Shown here: in pieces, positions 11,241-25,389 of the stretch | How the letters are laid out: each line of letters starts with the position of its first letter | How positions within the stretch are numbered: the stretch's first letter is position 1 | Origin: Schmidtea nova | Taxonomy: Eukaryota | DNA: 64,000 bases | Direction: 5' to 3' | Assembly (NCBI GenBank): GCA_044892505.1 | Contig: CM097882.1 | Coordinates: forward strand, 85,746,001 to 85,810,000 | Program-made: the position numbers and the translations under genes | The notes under the pieces: generated by a model | Told to the model about the DNA's origin: nothing | The model's database searches: none | Seen by the model: the letters and a program-made list of their open reading frames with translations, nothing else

Positions 11241-12779
11241 CAGGGTTATTCAAAACCATATATTCATTTTTTCAAAACCATATATTCATTTATTCAAAAC
11301 TATATATTCATCTATTCAAAACTATATATTCATTTATTCAAAACTATATATTCATTTATTCAAAACTATATATTCATCTATTCAAAACTATATATTCATT
11401 TATTCAAAACTATATATTCATCTATTCAAAACTATATATTCATTTATTCAAAAATAATATATTAATTGTTTAAAAGTATGTGGAAATATGTGATATAACT
11501 TAAACTATTACGTTGGGATATACTTAATTGGTTTTCGATAATGTTAAATATTAAAACACAAAAGACGCTCATGGTCAGAAAGAGTCGCAAAATGCTAACA
11601 GTTGGAATGGCGGAAACAATTATCAGGATGTCGCAAAATGATAACCTAAAAATAAAAGATATTGCAACCAGTCTGGACTTTAACAGACAGACGATTCGCA
11701 AAGTTATATCGGATCATAGGAATGTGATTGCATTTGTTGAGGCAAGTACTAAATTTAACGAGAGTATTTTGCGGCGAAATCGAATTTTTAATGAAAGCGA
11801 CCAAGCGCTTTTCAACTTGGTGGCTTTATATAACAGTTTGATTCAAGATGAGATGAAAACGATGGTATCAGAGCAAACTGGAGCAGTCATTTCACAGCCA
11901 ACAATATGCCGTAAACTGAAAAAACTAAACATTAGCAGGAAACGACTTTCGCTGATTCTAAATGAGAGGAATTCGATAGCGAATATTGAAAGGCGTGCAC
12001 TTTATTGTGCGGAAATTGTAAGAATATTTTTGGACAAGTCGGGTTTTAATCAACACCTCAGGCGCGCTTATGGATATTCGAATGTCAACACTCCCGCATT
12101 TATATCCGTTCCGGGGAACAGAGGTGTAAATAGGAGTTGCATGTGTGCCATAGGCATCCAGGGGTTGATAGCATCAGAAGTTTTGGTAGGCGCTTATAAC
12201 TCACACCTGTTTATTGACTTTATTCGACTAAAACTGGTTCCTTATTTCAGAATACATAAAAACAGTGTTCTAATTATGGACAACGTCAATATGCACCGAA
12301 CAAGGGAGGTTGCAGAAGTTTTGAGAACAAATAATATTGCATTCAAATTTCTTCCGCTATATTCACCGATGCTAAATCCGATTGAAGAGTTCTTTTCGGT
12401 ACTTAAATCGATATTTTCAGCGTATAGGATTGAATTCCCACAAAAAACTCTTGAAAAAGCTCTTGAAGACGTGCTAGGCAGAGACTTTGGAAACCAATGT
12501 CCTGGATTTTTCAGAGATATGGAACTTTGGATTGAGCTTGGTCTTGCGAGACAACTATTCTACACTTAAATGTTAGGTTCATCATGTATATATATATTAT
12601 TATATCATTATATATATATTTTTTTATAAAAGTTAACAAAAGAATGAAATTTATATATTGTCTTAAAAATTTGGTGTTTAACGTGCTGTATATATAATTT
12701 TTGAATAAATGAATATATAGTTTTGAATAAATGAATATATGGTTTTGAAAAAATGAATATATGGTTTTGAATAACCCTG
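11241..12779 (+). mobile_element. IS630-Tc1-mariner element (DD34E) with TIRs built from 22-bp repeats
   Basis: CAGGGTTATTCAAAACC... inverted at both ends; TA TSD at 11239-40 and 12780-81. Confidence 0.95.
11541..12569 (+). CDS. DD34E transposase (DDE_3 type)
   Basis: FLDKSGFN, IMDNVNMH and YSPMLNPIEEFFS; 34 residues between the second D and the E; N-terminal HTH-like region. The ORF is open, but canonical DESGF reads DKSGF. Confidence 0.93.
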   Translation: MLNIKTQKTLMVRKSRKMLTVGMAETIIRMSQNDNLKIKDIATSLDFNRQTIRKVISDHRNVIAFVEASTKFNESILRRNRIFNESDQALFNLVALYNSLIQDEMKTMVSEQTGAVISQPTICRKLKKLNISRKRLSLILNERNSIANIERRALYCAEIVRIFLDKSGFNQHLRRAYGYSNVNTPAFISVPGNRGVNRSCMCAIGIQGLIASEVLVGAYNSHLFIDFIRLKLVPYFRIHKNSVLIMDNVNMHRTREVAEVLRTNNIAFKFLPLYSPMLNPIEEFFSVLKSIFSAYRIEFPQKTLEKALEDVLGRDFGNQCPGFFRDMELWIELGLARQLFYT

Positions 12780-14254
12780 TAACATCCGACTTGTAAAAAA
12801 CGTTGCATTCGATGTCAAAAATTTGCTTAGCTACTAATAATTGTTAGAATATGAAAGCGCGGGCCTCGGGAAAATCCCCGAAATCCTGACGCCTGGAACG
12901 GCTTGAAATAATGAATAAATATTAAATTTTACAAATAATAGCAATTTGAATTTTATTAGAAATAGATAAATAAGTCAAATAAATATTCACTAAAGAATTT
13001 GGGATTACCATATGATCACGGGCCAACAATGGGGTTTTCAGGATGTGCAGCGTGCACGGGCCGCAGAGTTGTGTAATAGAAATGTATGATTAACGTCTTT
13101 TATTATTGTAATATTTATCAAATAGTTCCTCGTATATACTGAAATAAGTTGTTTAAATATTGTTATACTAGGTAATTGTAAGGCGCCTAGTGGAAAATCA
13201 TAAAATAAATGAACAATTTGATGTACGAAATTTCTATTAAAAATTTAATTTCTTTTATTCTTAAGCAATTGAAAATTATTTCTGTTATATATATGGAATG
13301 GCAAAAAAAATTGTTTTATTGAAGAACGTCTACATCATTCAATAAAGTTCCTTGCTGTGGATTCGATTCAATAAGCACCTTCACTTGACTTGCAACTCTT
13401 GATTAATTTTTAATTTTTATTTTGCAAAATAAACTTAGAAAGCGCGGTTTAAAACTTGTTAATCGTGTAAAAAATCTATGTTAGTATTAGTAGTTCAAAA
13501 AAAAATTATGATAGTGTTAGAATCAAGCAATCCGCGAGCGTTATAGAATCAGTGATGAGCATAATTATATAAGTGATTATAATTGAGATTTTGAAATTAG
13601 TTTCATTTGAATTTATTAATATATTATTATTATTATTAACCCTATCAGAAATATCATACGTATAATAGGATTAGAATATTGCAGTTAAAATGGACTTAAA
13701 TAATTCTTGTCCTCTTTCTCTATATATAAGGTAAACTCGAATAAGTTTGTGATATTATGAAATATTTCAAATTTTTTCTGTATAGAATATGAGTATGATC
13801 ACAAGTACAAGATTTGTTATAACAATAAAATTCTTATGAACCACTTCATGGTTCCATTTTTAGACTCACTGATTTACCAAAGTTTACCTAGGTTTAAGTT
13901 TTTAATAATACAGTTATTGTTAAATAATAATATATTAGTAATAAAATGTTTAGAAGTATCAATAGTTATTTATTACTTATCGTGAATTTATTTTAATTAC
14001 ACCTGTTTTCATGGTTTAAAAGTAACTATAACAAGTAGGTGTGTACACCTACACGTGACTCATAATTATTTTTTTAATATTGTTTAGCTTTTTTTTAATA
14101 ATGGCTATCAGATAAGTTTATTTATCAAGATATTTCTAGTGCCTTAGATTATAAATTTCTTTTTTTAGTTAATTAACTTATTAAATAATTATTGAATGAG
14201 AGATTTAAATGACATTGTTTTAATATTCACTTTTTTGACATAATTTTTCAAATA

Positions 14255-14770
14255 AATCCAACATGGTCCAAAAGAAGTCAAATGAAATACTTTCAAATCC
14301 AAACGTTGTGACGAATCAGAGATCTGTGGAAATTCCGAGTGAAAAGAAGCTATCTGAATTGAATACTTATACTATCGAATCGTGTCAATAGCAATCATCA
14401 GTCATTGACTACGGAATTCTTTCATCTTCATCTCAGTTATGTACTCCGCTTGGAATGACAAATACTCATTTACGCTAACAATTTCAATACAATCCCCAAT
14501 ATTTCTCGTTCTTAAACATTTCTAATAAGTCTTCGATTTTCAGTGGCTGCAATATGAGTCCGAGTGAAACTTACAAAGAATTCAACCAAAAACTATCGAA
14601 TCCCAAACACAATATGTGTAATGTGCAAACAATGTCAAATCCCAGCACAATCAATCGAAATCAACCGACTAGGCTGCCAAAGATGCCATCAATGTCAATG
14701 CCGAATATATATTATTTTTATCCGGCTTATATTAAATTAATTGTTTTTCTACAATATCTTTTAAGGCTTT
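14255..14770 (+). repeat. Dispersed repeat, copy 1 (degenerate coding-like sequence)
   Basis: Collinear with 20530-21116 plus 24487-24515; contains the empty Zator site ccggcTTAtattaaat. Confidence 0.85.
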
Positions 14771-16661
14771 TATTTTGATCTCATAATGAAGCTTTGAAAC
14801 ATTATCTTTTTTCTACAATTTTATTTAATTTTTAAATTATTTCTAAGAAATTATTATTTTTTAACATGTTTTGGGAATTATTTCAAATAAAAGTAAGTTA
14901 AGAAATCATTTTTAACTAAGATTTATTTTAATAATTATTAATAATAATTAAATAAAAATTTTCTATTTATTTTTAAAATATTTTTTCGGATATTCCAAGA
15001 AATCTTCCAAATCGGAAAAAGTTTTTACCCTTTTACATGACTTTGATTATTCTGATTTGGCAGATTTTGATAATTTCATTATAGTATTTTATTTTCAACA
15101 CTGAAATTTCAAGTTTATTTTTTTATTTCAAGCATTGCAAATTTTATTATCCTGCAATTATTTGAGACTTCGAAATAATCTAAGTTGCAGTGTAAATATG
15201 TTTATAAATTGAATATAATTAGACTGTATTATCTTTTTGGCTTTTGAAAACGGAAAAATTTGGAAAAAAATTTTCGGAAATATATAGAATTTTATATTAA
15301 AATTCATTAAAATAAAACTTAAAACGTTATTTATTTCTTCGACAACTCCCCTAGGAAATACTTCAAATTGTTAGCCATAAACCTATTTTAGAAATAATTA
15401 AATTTATTATAGATTTCTTAATCCCGTAAAATAATTTACCTTTTAAAGCATGCATTCTTTATTGTATGCTGTATTTGTGTGTTTAATTTATTTTTTCTTC
15501 CCCTTTGTCTATCACATAATAAAAATTTTAAACTATGTAAAGTCAAAATTTAACATTAACATAAGTTTTCATTTGATATTGATAATTTTTAAGTTATATT
15601 ATAGAATCTCTTAGTGTATGAAAACAGGTGTATGATTTATTTTTAGTTTTTTCTAATAAGAATATAATTATTATGAATACTTAAAGATATAGAAATTGCT
15701 TTTTGTACTTTTATTACTAATTTTGAATTTATTTTAATAATAATTTTTAGATTAAAAAATATGAAATGAAAAATGAAACTTGTAAAAATTTAAATTTATT
15801 ACATTTTAAAGCAACTAATAGGTAAAATAAAATTAAAGAAACACCAAATAAAAACACCGAAATCACTGAATTACAACCACTTATAATTTTGAGTTCATAA
15901 TTTTTAAAATAAAAATTTATTTGAAAAACTAAAAATTCTATTTTTCTACAAAACCTCGAAAAATTTATATCAATGTATGTAATTAAGATTGTACCTGAAT
16001 ATTGTCCATTCTGTATGTGGGAAATTTATTTCAAACCATATCTTTCTGTTACCCGTTATAGATAGCAGGCATTATTTTGTAACCCATTTTGTAACCCATT
16101 ACTATTCATAAATAATTCAGGGCAACAATAACAAGGAATACTTAAATAAGACGGGAAAAGTAAATTACAACCACAATTGTATCGGTTATTGGATGTTATG
16201 ATGGAATATAAACACAGATACAGATAAACATAACTATATGTCATCTAGCCCGTTATTTATACAAAAGACGTAGCATTTACCTATGTATGGTGACTCCGGA
16301 TAGCTCTGACCGATTCGCAATTTAGAGGCTATCATAAATGGGAATTTCGACATAGTTAAAAAATGTTTAAATAAATCTGAATAAAATATCATTAATATAA
16401 ACAGTAGGAGACAAATCAAAGCACAGCTAAAACATGAGAATTAAACAAATGAATGTTTTTTGAATTTTTGGCAGTTTATGTTTGACTGTATATTTATATA
16501 TAAACAGAAAAATACTAATATTAGTCACCTTTGATCTCTTATCCATTTCAATTTTTTTTCATTTTTGGTATAATAAATCAAAATATATTTTTTTCTATTC
16601 AACACAAATTCTTGGAACTGTCTTTATACACACTCTAAATATTTTAATGCAGTGAAATAAC

Positions 16662-17110
16662 CAGGGCAGGCTTTAGCTGGAAGCGATGAATGCAAAGCGA
16701 AAGGCGCCTCTTGTAAAGGACTATTAAAAAAATAGAATTTTAGTCTCTATTTTAATATGTAAAAAACAATTAAAATTACTTAAGGTTATAATGTAATTCA
16801 TAATATAATTGATGAATTTACAAGTTAGAAAAGTAAATATCTATAATAGTTTTGTCTGTTTTTATACCAAATTTTATTCGTTGTATGTTATGTTACAAAA
16901 TAATATTGTTTCAAAATAAAATATATAAACAAAATAAAACTTGCTTTTCAGTTGAAAAAGAATTATTAATTTCTTAATGTTTTTATTACAAATTTAACAT
17001 TGCCAATTGAATTACGTTTAGTCTAAAAACCAATAAAATAATACTCCTAGCAAATGGGCGTCTAAAATGAGCCTGGCATGGGGGCACTACTAATGCTAGA
17101 GCTGGTCCTG
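16662..17110. mobile_element. hAT-type MITE
   Basis: Imperfect TIRs CAGGGCAGGCTTTAGC / CAGGACCAGCTCTAGC; perfect 8-bp TSD GAAATAAC. Confidence 0.88.
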
Positions 17111-17575
17111 GAAATAACAATTACGAGATTTGTTTAAATATTTTATATAATGAAGTTTTCAATATGCCAAGAAAAAACAAACTTATCACTAATAAAATTG
17201 TTTTTCTGGCATAGACAAACATTATATATTTGTATATATTACAAAATAATTTTTAAAATTTTATTTTACAAATCAATAAATCCTTTTAAATTACGATTAT
17301 CATTTATAAAATAGTTATTTAATATAATTGTTTTCTTAAAATTTTAAAAAACCATTTTTCAAGATTTTGATTACATTTATGGACGCCCACAGAAATCTTT
17401 TCAAAAAAGGGCAAAATTCAAATTGATTTAATGGATTCCAAAAACTCACCTTGATTCCCCAACATGCTAACATTGATAAATAAATTTGAAACACCGAAAA
17501 TAATTTTTTTTCAATCGTTAGCACTAAAGATTTAGCAAAATTTACACTTTTTGACGTCATTATATGCCTATAGAA

Positions 17576-18224
17576 CAGGGATATTCAACTGGCGGCCCGC
17601 GGGTCAGATCCGGCCCGCCGAAATTTGAAAATGGCCCTTTCAATATCTTCGAATATTACACATATATAAAAATATTTGGATGATATATGCATAAAAGCGA
17701 TCAAGTATTTTATGTATGGCATATAGAAAAGGCTGTCTATTTAGATTCAAACCCGATCAAAATGGTGTTTTTATTGCTTTAATGGTAGGAAGAAATTGGG
17801 AATTCGTGTAAATTGCGATAGTTTTGCAATAAAAAAACTTGCAAAAAACAGTAAAATATTAGAAAAAGGTGTCTTGTAAGTTTGAATAGGAAACGGGGTT
17901 TATTTAATATTTAATAAATTAAATATGTGTATAAGAGGCTGCGATCATTCAAATTCCTTGGAGAATGCGTTAAAATTTAAAAAAATAAATGAAATAATGG
18001 TAATAAAGTTATTAATTTAAAATGCGTCTGGAAAATTACATAATAATATAAAAATACATGGTAAACATTATAATACTTGGTAATAGAATAACAATCCCTA
18101 AAACACTTTTATATTTTGTTAAAGTGTAATCCGCTTAAAACTAACAACTTTTTAATTGATACGGCCCTCGATTGCCGTTATAAGATAAATTTGGCCCTTC
18201 ATAATATTTAGTTGAATACCCATG
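17576..18224. mobile_element. hAT-type MITE
   Basis: TIRs CAGGGATATTCAACT / CATGGGTATTCAACT; subterminal GGCCCGC motifs; perfect 8-bp TSD CTATAGAA. Confidence 0.92.
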
Positions 18225-19907
18225 CTATAGAATAATTCAAGTTTCCTTTATATTAACAGTTGTAAGAGTGTCAGGGAGATTATTTTTAAGTACGAGTTGC
18301 ACTTTGTAGATTATTACTGTTTTATAGTGAGAAAAAAATTATTAAAAGTATTATATTAAAAATATATTTTTTTCGAGGGTAAAGTAGCCCCTCTTGTCTA
18401 TTACCTTGACTTTCATTTTTAGAATAGAAAAGTATAGCATCAGAACTTACTTAAATATTTACTTCTTCTATTACGCTTTTCACCGTTATTACATTTAAAA
18501 CTAAGATATACTATAAATAGACACACTAACAGTTTTCTTAATTGTATAACTATATGTCAAATTTTTTTGATCTATCGTCACACAATTATGAAAGTTATTG
18601 ATATAAATAAAAATAAGAGATCAAAAGTGAAATCAAAAGATAATTATAATAGTAATCAAAATTGAAAATAACAAAAGTAAAATATAATGGACCCGCAGCA
18701 AACTAATCAATGTGACTGATAAAATGAATATCATGATAAAGGAAAGTTGAATAATTCTGGGGGATAAATCAAAACCAAATTAAGCTATATCATACAAACT
18801 TTGTTAATTTTATTTGATCACGAAAATTATCTTTTTTATTGTTATTCTCATCAGATTGCAGTCTGAAAAATAAATAAAAGCTTTACATGAAAATTGAGTG
18901 AGGCTGATGATCAACGATAATTTATTCAATTTGAGAAAAATAAAAATTATTCAAATCAATAAGAAAAAAAATATAAAAATATTTCCTAAAGTCACAAAAA
19001 TCGATAATTGTTCGAATTTTCTCCGTTCTAATTTCTTTTCTACAGGTATCAATGAAACACGAATTTACGGCAAAGTCTGTTTCAAATGTTTGTTAACAAA
19101 TTTTATTTCCAAATGCAGATTTTTAAAAATAAATTTTGCTCCCCTCGTAGAATTTGGCATTTGTCAGTGAATTTGCCCATATAATTTCCCCAAAGTCATC
19201 AGTATTTGCTTTTGATTTGTCAGTTGAATCAACTGCTGAATATTCTATGCATTTCTTTCATATAAATTGCGTCACATTTTAGGTGAGTTAGCCCTTTCAC
19301 TGTTCACGCCATATATACTCGTAAAATAAAGCTGTGACTCGGACGTGTTTTAAATTGTTCCCCGAGTAACACGGCTATTCACACTGTGTGCCCAACCAAG
19401 TCGAGTATCTAATAGTATGTTAGATGCAAAGAAGGTGATGTTGCGCTTTTAGTATAGTAAAATTGACGTTGACCAACTTCTCTACATGAATAAATTCGTA
19501 ATCACCGAAATACGTACACACATCGAGCACAAAATCTCAAAGCGTATTGCGCAATAAAAGGGCATTTTATTAGGGTATGTATTTTATTAGTTTGACAACT
19601 GTACCTTTAAGTGTAAGAGGACACAAAAGAATTTGATTCATTTGTCTTTATTTTTATTTTATTTTTTAAATAAAATAATTACTCAATATAATTTAATCTA
19701 AAATAGAAATAATATATTTTAATTCTATTTTAGTAAATAAATAGATAAGGATTATTCAATAAATTCGTGTAAATTGATAAAGAAAACATCATAAAAGAAA
19801 TAAAAAGTAAAGTGATATCAAAAATAGGTCAATGATGATGAAGATAAAAATTTTATATTAAAAGTGTATGAATTTAAAGGCAAACTTAATGGTTGTTTAA
19901 TACATAC

Positions 19908-20168
19908 TTTTCACCAACAGCGTCCGTACTATCGACATATTCGAGGCTGAATATTTCATCTGGAATCTCTCTGTCGTTGACTAATTTTATAAGTTGATCT
20001 TGAAGTCGGTTTAATCTTTTTAGCTCCAGCCTATCCATTTGTAATGTTCTGTGCAATTCATCTGATTCCGTGATGAGCTTCTCACGTCGTTCGTTCATGT
20101 CTTTTGCCACCTGTTCATAGTCTGTTAGTTTTTTATTAAGTTGTGCAAGACAAATTTGTGAATGAGAC
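19908..20168 (-). CDS. PI3K regulatory subunit exon (iSH2 second helix)
   Basis: Acceptor tttttacAG; phase matches the previous exon (GT|G = Val); coiled-coil SHSQICLAQLNKKLTDYEQ...ELKRLNRLQDQLIKLV; donor GTATGT. Confidence 0.65.
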
Positions 20169-20529
20169 CTGTAAAAATATTTACTAATAAAATAGAGATT
20201 TCAGTGTGAAAGCTTAAAGGAACGCCCATACTAACATAAGACTGTTTTATGATAAAAATAATATATTCATTTACACATTTAACTTCCAAGTACAATGCAA
20301 TCATGGATGTTAAAAGGTCTTTATTAAAGAGATCTAAATAGTTGAACGACGTAGACAAAATATTAGGTATGCTGCTCCTAAAATTGTATTTACGACGGAA
20401 ATTTTGTAGATGATTGTAGTGCCTAGGATTTAATTATGACATTAATTTAATAATTAAATTATTAATTTCGTATGATATTAAATAAACACTTTTTCCTTTT
20501 TGTTTTAAATAATCAAAAACCTTCCTTTT

Positions 20530-21116
20530 TTTACTTTTTCAAAAAATCCAACATGGTCCAAGAAGAACTCACTATTTTCGATTCAAAATCAAAAAAGAAG
20601 TCAAATGAAATATTTTCAAATCCAAACGTTGTGACGAATCAGAGATCTGTGGAAATACCGAGTGAAAAAAAGCTATCTGAATTGAATACTTATAAACTAT
20701 CTGATCGTGTCAGTAACAATCATCAGTCATTAAATACGGAATTCTTTCATCTTCATCTCAGTTATGTACTCTGTTTGGAATGGCAAATTCTCATTTACTC
20801 CAACAATTTCAAAACAATCCCCAATATTTCTCGTTCTTAAACGTTCCTAATGAGTCTTCGATTTTCAGTGGCTGCAACATGAGTCAGGTTAATGAATTTT
20901 TCGATGTCGGTCTAATGGATGATAATCACAATCCGCAATCCTTTATACAAAGTGAAACCAATAAAGAATTTAACCAAAACCATTGAATCCCAAAAACAAT
21001 ATATATAATGTGTAAACAATGCCGAATCCCAGTACAATCAATCAAAATCAACGGGTTAGGCTGTCAAAGATGCCATCAATGTCAATGTCGAATATATGTT
21101 ATTTTTATCCGGCTTA
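20530..21116 (+). repeat. Dispersed repeat, copy 2 (target of the Zator insertion)
   Basis: Collinear with 14255-14770 and resumes after 24489. Confidence 0.85.
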
Positions 21117-24100
21117 GGGAGCATCCATTAAGGACGTCCCCTAAGAAAGGGGGATATAAGGGGCTATAAGGGGATATATGGGGATATAAGGGGATATATG
21201 GGGATTTAGGAGCTTAGGGCATCCTTCATCACCTTCAGTCACAATTTGCACCTTAATTAAAATCTGCATATTTTTTAATATTTTAGTAATATTTTATGTT
21301 AACTTATACCCAACACCCCTTATTTGTTGTAATAGCCAACACCTCTGTTATTTGATAACTATTTTCTCAGTTCTCTTAATAGAGTTGCAGCCTACAACCC
21401 AACGCACCTTTTTTAAATGATACTATCCATGAACTCCTATATAATAGCATGATGCTATTATATAGAAGTCCATTTGCTATCTCAATATTAGCTAAGGTTT
21501 TGCTGCAGCAGTAAACAATGTACATTTAATAGCCTGCAGTACTATAGTATATAGTATGCTTTATTTAAATTCCGTTCTTAGAATTCTGAATACAAGAATC
21601 TGCATCAGCTGTCAGTGACTCATGTATCTGATCCTTCTATCCCACAGTAATATTATACTTGGTATAATTCTGTAACCCTACAGCACTGTAGCAATCATCT
21701 CTCTTGACTGTATCAATCAGTGACTGTATTAATCAGTGTCTGGCAAAATCTAGACTGTTAGCTTGAAATAAATACATAAAATTGATTAATTTTAAAAACT
21801 ATATTTTATTTTTGAGATTTTTGGCGGCAGCTATTTTGGTATTATGAACATTATATTATTTAATGCTACTGTAATATTATTTTAATTGTAGTAATTATCC
21901 ATGGCTGACAATCAAACTTTTTACAAAGTTTACTGTTCTGCTTACCAATGCATCAACAACAAAAAACAACAGCAAGATGCAAATGAAGAATGGAAAAAAA
22001 TTAAAAACAATCAAGATGCCTATCAAGCGAAACTGTTGGAGTTGCAAGATCTGAAAAAACGGAAAGCAGCACAATCTTGTCTTTTTTCAACAGGTCTTTC
22101 AAAAAAAGTTAAAGACACACCAAGCGATGTTGACAGCCATATGAATAATCAAGATACACAAATTGACTCCAATGCAGTTGTGGAAGAGGTTATTCATCTC
22201 AAAACAAATGAATTTATTATGAATGAAGAAAAAGGAAAGACAGTTAAACATGCACAAGACAATTTGAGTATAAAAATTGAGAAGCAAAAAAGTCTAATTC
22301 TCAAACTCCAGGATCTGAGAAAATCTGGATTGGCAACAAGAGATAATCTTGTGCAACTGAAGAAAGCAAAAGAATGCCTGAGTGTAAATGAAAGACGAAT
22401 GATAATATTATAAAAAGATGCAGAGAGAAAAAGAAAAAGACGAGCTGAGCTAAGAGCAACTATGAAAGATTTGTCAGATTCAAACCCAAAACTGAAGAAA
22501 TTTGCACGGGATAGAACTGGCCGTCCATTACTGGAAGAAACACAATCTGATTTACATAATGCCATAATCTCTCTTGTAACTCATGGGGCTGGAGTTGACA
22601 GGAAGCGACGTACTTAAATTCTCAATGCATGCTGCAAATTGGATGACCTAGTTTCTGAACTTAGAAAAATGGATTATACACTTAGCAGATCGGCTCTTTA
22701 TTTACGTCTAGTTCCACGCAGAATCGACTCAAATGAAGGAAAAAAACATGTGCATGTCGTTCCAGTTAAACTAAGACGCCCTGAAAACATTCAACACAAA
22801 CACCATGTTGATGCAGATTTCACGTTCGCAACAAAAAAATATTTGAAATCAGTTGCTGCCTTGTTTGGACAATCAGCAGTCTTCGTTCTATCCATAGATA
22901 TTAAAGCCAAGGTGCCACTTGATCTTGCACCAGCAAGTAAACAGTCACCAATTCTAATGTGTCTGGAATACTAAGTTCGCCTTCCTGATCAAGATTTTGT
23001 CATTGCGGGCAGCCACAAGCTTACTCCGTCAGTGTATGCTGCCTGCATCGTCAAAGCACCAAGTGAGCATGCTTCATTTGAAATTTCTTATTCTGGACCA
23101 TTATACAGTGCTATCAGAAGTCCAAAACATGATGGCAGTACTTCTTTCACTCATGGAAGAGATGTGGAACACCTTATTGAACTGGAATCCTTCCAAGAAG
23201 TTGCAAAACACGATGGTGTTGTTAAGCCGATTTTTATAGCTTTTGTAGATGGAGGATCAGATGAAAATCCGAGATATCCAAAAACTTTAGCAGTGGCTGT
23301 TGACCGATTCAAAAAATACAATCTTGATGTCTATATCACAATGACACATGCTCCAGTTTTTTCGGCATTCAATTACGTTGAAAGAAGAATGGCACCTCTC
23401 AGCAAAGAACTTCCCCACGACTCATATGGTAACCATCTCAATGCCTCAGGATGTACAATTGATGACAATTTAGGGAAACAAAATTTTAAGAAAGCTGGTG
23501 AAGTACTATCTGAAATTTGGAGGAACATGACGTTAGATGGTCATCCTGTTGAGGCAGAGTATGTAGAGAATGCTACATTGAGTGTTGAGGATGTTGATGA
23601 AGGATGGATTACACGTCACTGTTGAATTTCTCAGTATATGCTGATGATTGTGAAGTGCCAATCTGTGAAATGTTGCAGCAAAATGCGATCCTCCTGGTTA
23701 GAGGTATTTCCAGATCGTTTTCTACCAGCACCATTTCCAGTCAGAATTACATTCAGTGGGCCAGATATACCAGATCCTTGCGATGTCAAGACAGGTGACA
23801 AATTTATGTTGCTTTGGCAAAGGCTAGCCATTAAACTTAAGCCAGCAACCAGCAAAAATTACAAAGGCTAGATACCATATGATATGTACTGTCCTAGTTT
23901 AAAACCTAAGGACATTGAATCAAGGATTTGCAAGTCCTGCCAAATCTACATGCCATCGCATGCAGCCATCATGCGTCATCGTATAAATGGTGGTTGTTCA
24001 GGCACTTATCAAAGAAAACCAATGGATGCTGAAGATGAAACAGAAACTGAATGTTTGGAGTCAACCGATATAAGCCACATCATTTACGATGAGTCCCCAG

Positions 24101-24486
24101 CCGTCTACAGAAATATCTTTGATATTTTCAGATCACCATGGGAGGACGAGTAACTTTTAGAAACTGACTGCAATAAGTTATTAATTAAAAGACTGATATT
24201 TATCTTTATTTTTAATTTTGTTCTGAAAAATTGGTTGTCTTTTTAAGTTCTTTAAATTCAGACAATTTTTACTATATTTAAGCCTAAACAATATTATGTA
24301 AACTCCAAGCAAATCTGTAATAAACCTATAAATTCGATGTTCTAATTATACATTTTTTGAAAATAAGGAATGTCTGTTTGGAGGGATGTCCCCCGGGATG
24401 TATCCTGAAAAGGGACTCAAAGGGGCAAGGGGGAGGGGGGGTCAAAAATTGCTTATTTTTCGAGGACGTCCTTAATGGATGCTCCC
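21117..24486 (+). mobile_element. Zator DNA transposon
   Basis: 23-bp perfect TIR GGGAGCATCCATTAAGGACGTCC; TTA TSD confirmed by the empty paralogous site near 14727. Confidence 0.88.
21901..24153 (+). pseudogene. Zator transposase (in-frame stops and a small deletion)
   Basis: SRSALYLRL.P, VLSID.KAKVPL, VRLPD.DFV, FVDGGSDENPRY and SAFNYVERRMAPLS motifs. Confidence 0.85.
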
Positions 24487-24964
24487 TTATATTAAATTGA
24501 TTGTTTTTCTACAATGATTATTTTATCAAAAAAACATCTACACTTAAAAGTTTTTATAATATAAAAAAAATGTTATGAAACAGGATGGGTCTTCAGATTT
24601 ACAGTAACAGGTAGATTAGTTATCATGGAAAAAATAGATTAAAGTATCAAAAAAAAAGTGTTAAACTATTTAGTACTAACATGAAAGATGAAAAGTTGAA
24701 TCCTATTTTGATTTCAAAATAGCGTATTTTAAATATATTTTTTATTTTTTTGGCACACACTTTTTCAAGTTTGTAGTAAATACACATGTAAAGGAGAAAG
24801 AAGAAAAATCTGTGAAGGAAATTCGTTTACTTTTAAAGAATTGATATATTTTTTATAAAAATAATGAAAATTTATTTAAAAATAGTTTTTTAAAATATAA
24901 TAATAAGGTAACAGTGTTAAGACTTTCTCCGCAATGTTTATTAAATGAAATATTTCGATTTTAA

Positions 24965-25150
24965 GAGGGGCAGTCTTTTCCAAGGTATGTGGCGTTTCAC
25001 CAATGACGTTTGAAAAAAGAAACGAGAAAAGCATTAAGAGCAATACTGAAATTAAAGAGTCGTCAACAATCACACTAACGAATTCATAAACATTAGAACA
25101 GCAAAAAGGTCAACCTCGTCATTAAAAGTGAAATACTGATTTGACAAAAT
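24965..25150 (-). repeat. Inverted partial copy of the HHR-associated repeat family
   Basis: gggcagtcttttccaaggtatgtggcgtttc... is the reverse complement of the subunit at 25500-25610 and 29500-29630. Confidence 0.8.
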
Positions 25151-25389
25151 AAAATTTAATACATTTAGAACTATAAAAATTATTTATCACTCTATACATA
25201 ACCAATCCAATCAGAAGCAATACATAGACCAGGTGGTTACACTTTTCCATCTTCAATTGTATAATATCAATCCATATTCTTTGGTCAATGAATCGAACAT
25301 CTTCAATCTCTTTAAATAAATATATTTTTCTACACAGACTTTCAAAAGATGCGGAAACATATATAGTCGAGTTTCAGAGTATAATCAAT

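Larger units (their letters stand above)
11003..12905. mobile_element. hAT-type MITE (~360 bp) interrupted by the Tc1-type insertion
   Basis: 8-bp TSD AAATAATG at 10995-11002 and 12906-12913; CAGGGCCGGC left end; degenerate right end. Confidence 0.7.

Noticed and set aside
11250-11455. 22-bp direct repeat array (CRISPR-like look) and ORF 11176-11457
   Set aside because: There are no spacers, and the units are mirrored in the right TIR of the Tc1-type element; the ORF is a repeat artefact.
16296-16306. CCGGATAGCTC, an 11-nt match to the tRNA-Lys 5' region
   Set aside because: No cloverleaf or B box and no adjacent LTR; treated as chance.
16279-16376. Exon-like segment as a candidate PI3K cSH2 exon
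   Set aside because: It has splice-like ends but no SH2 motif (no W..G or FLVR).
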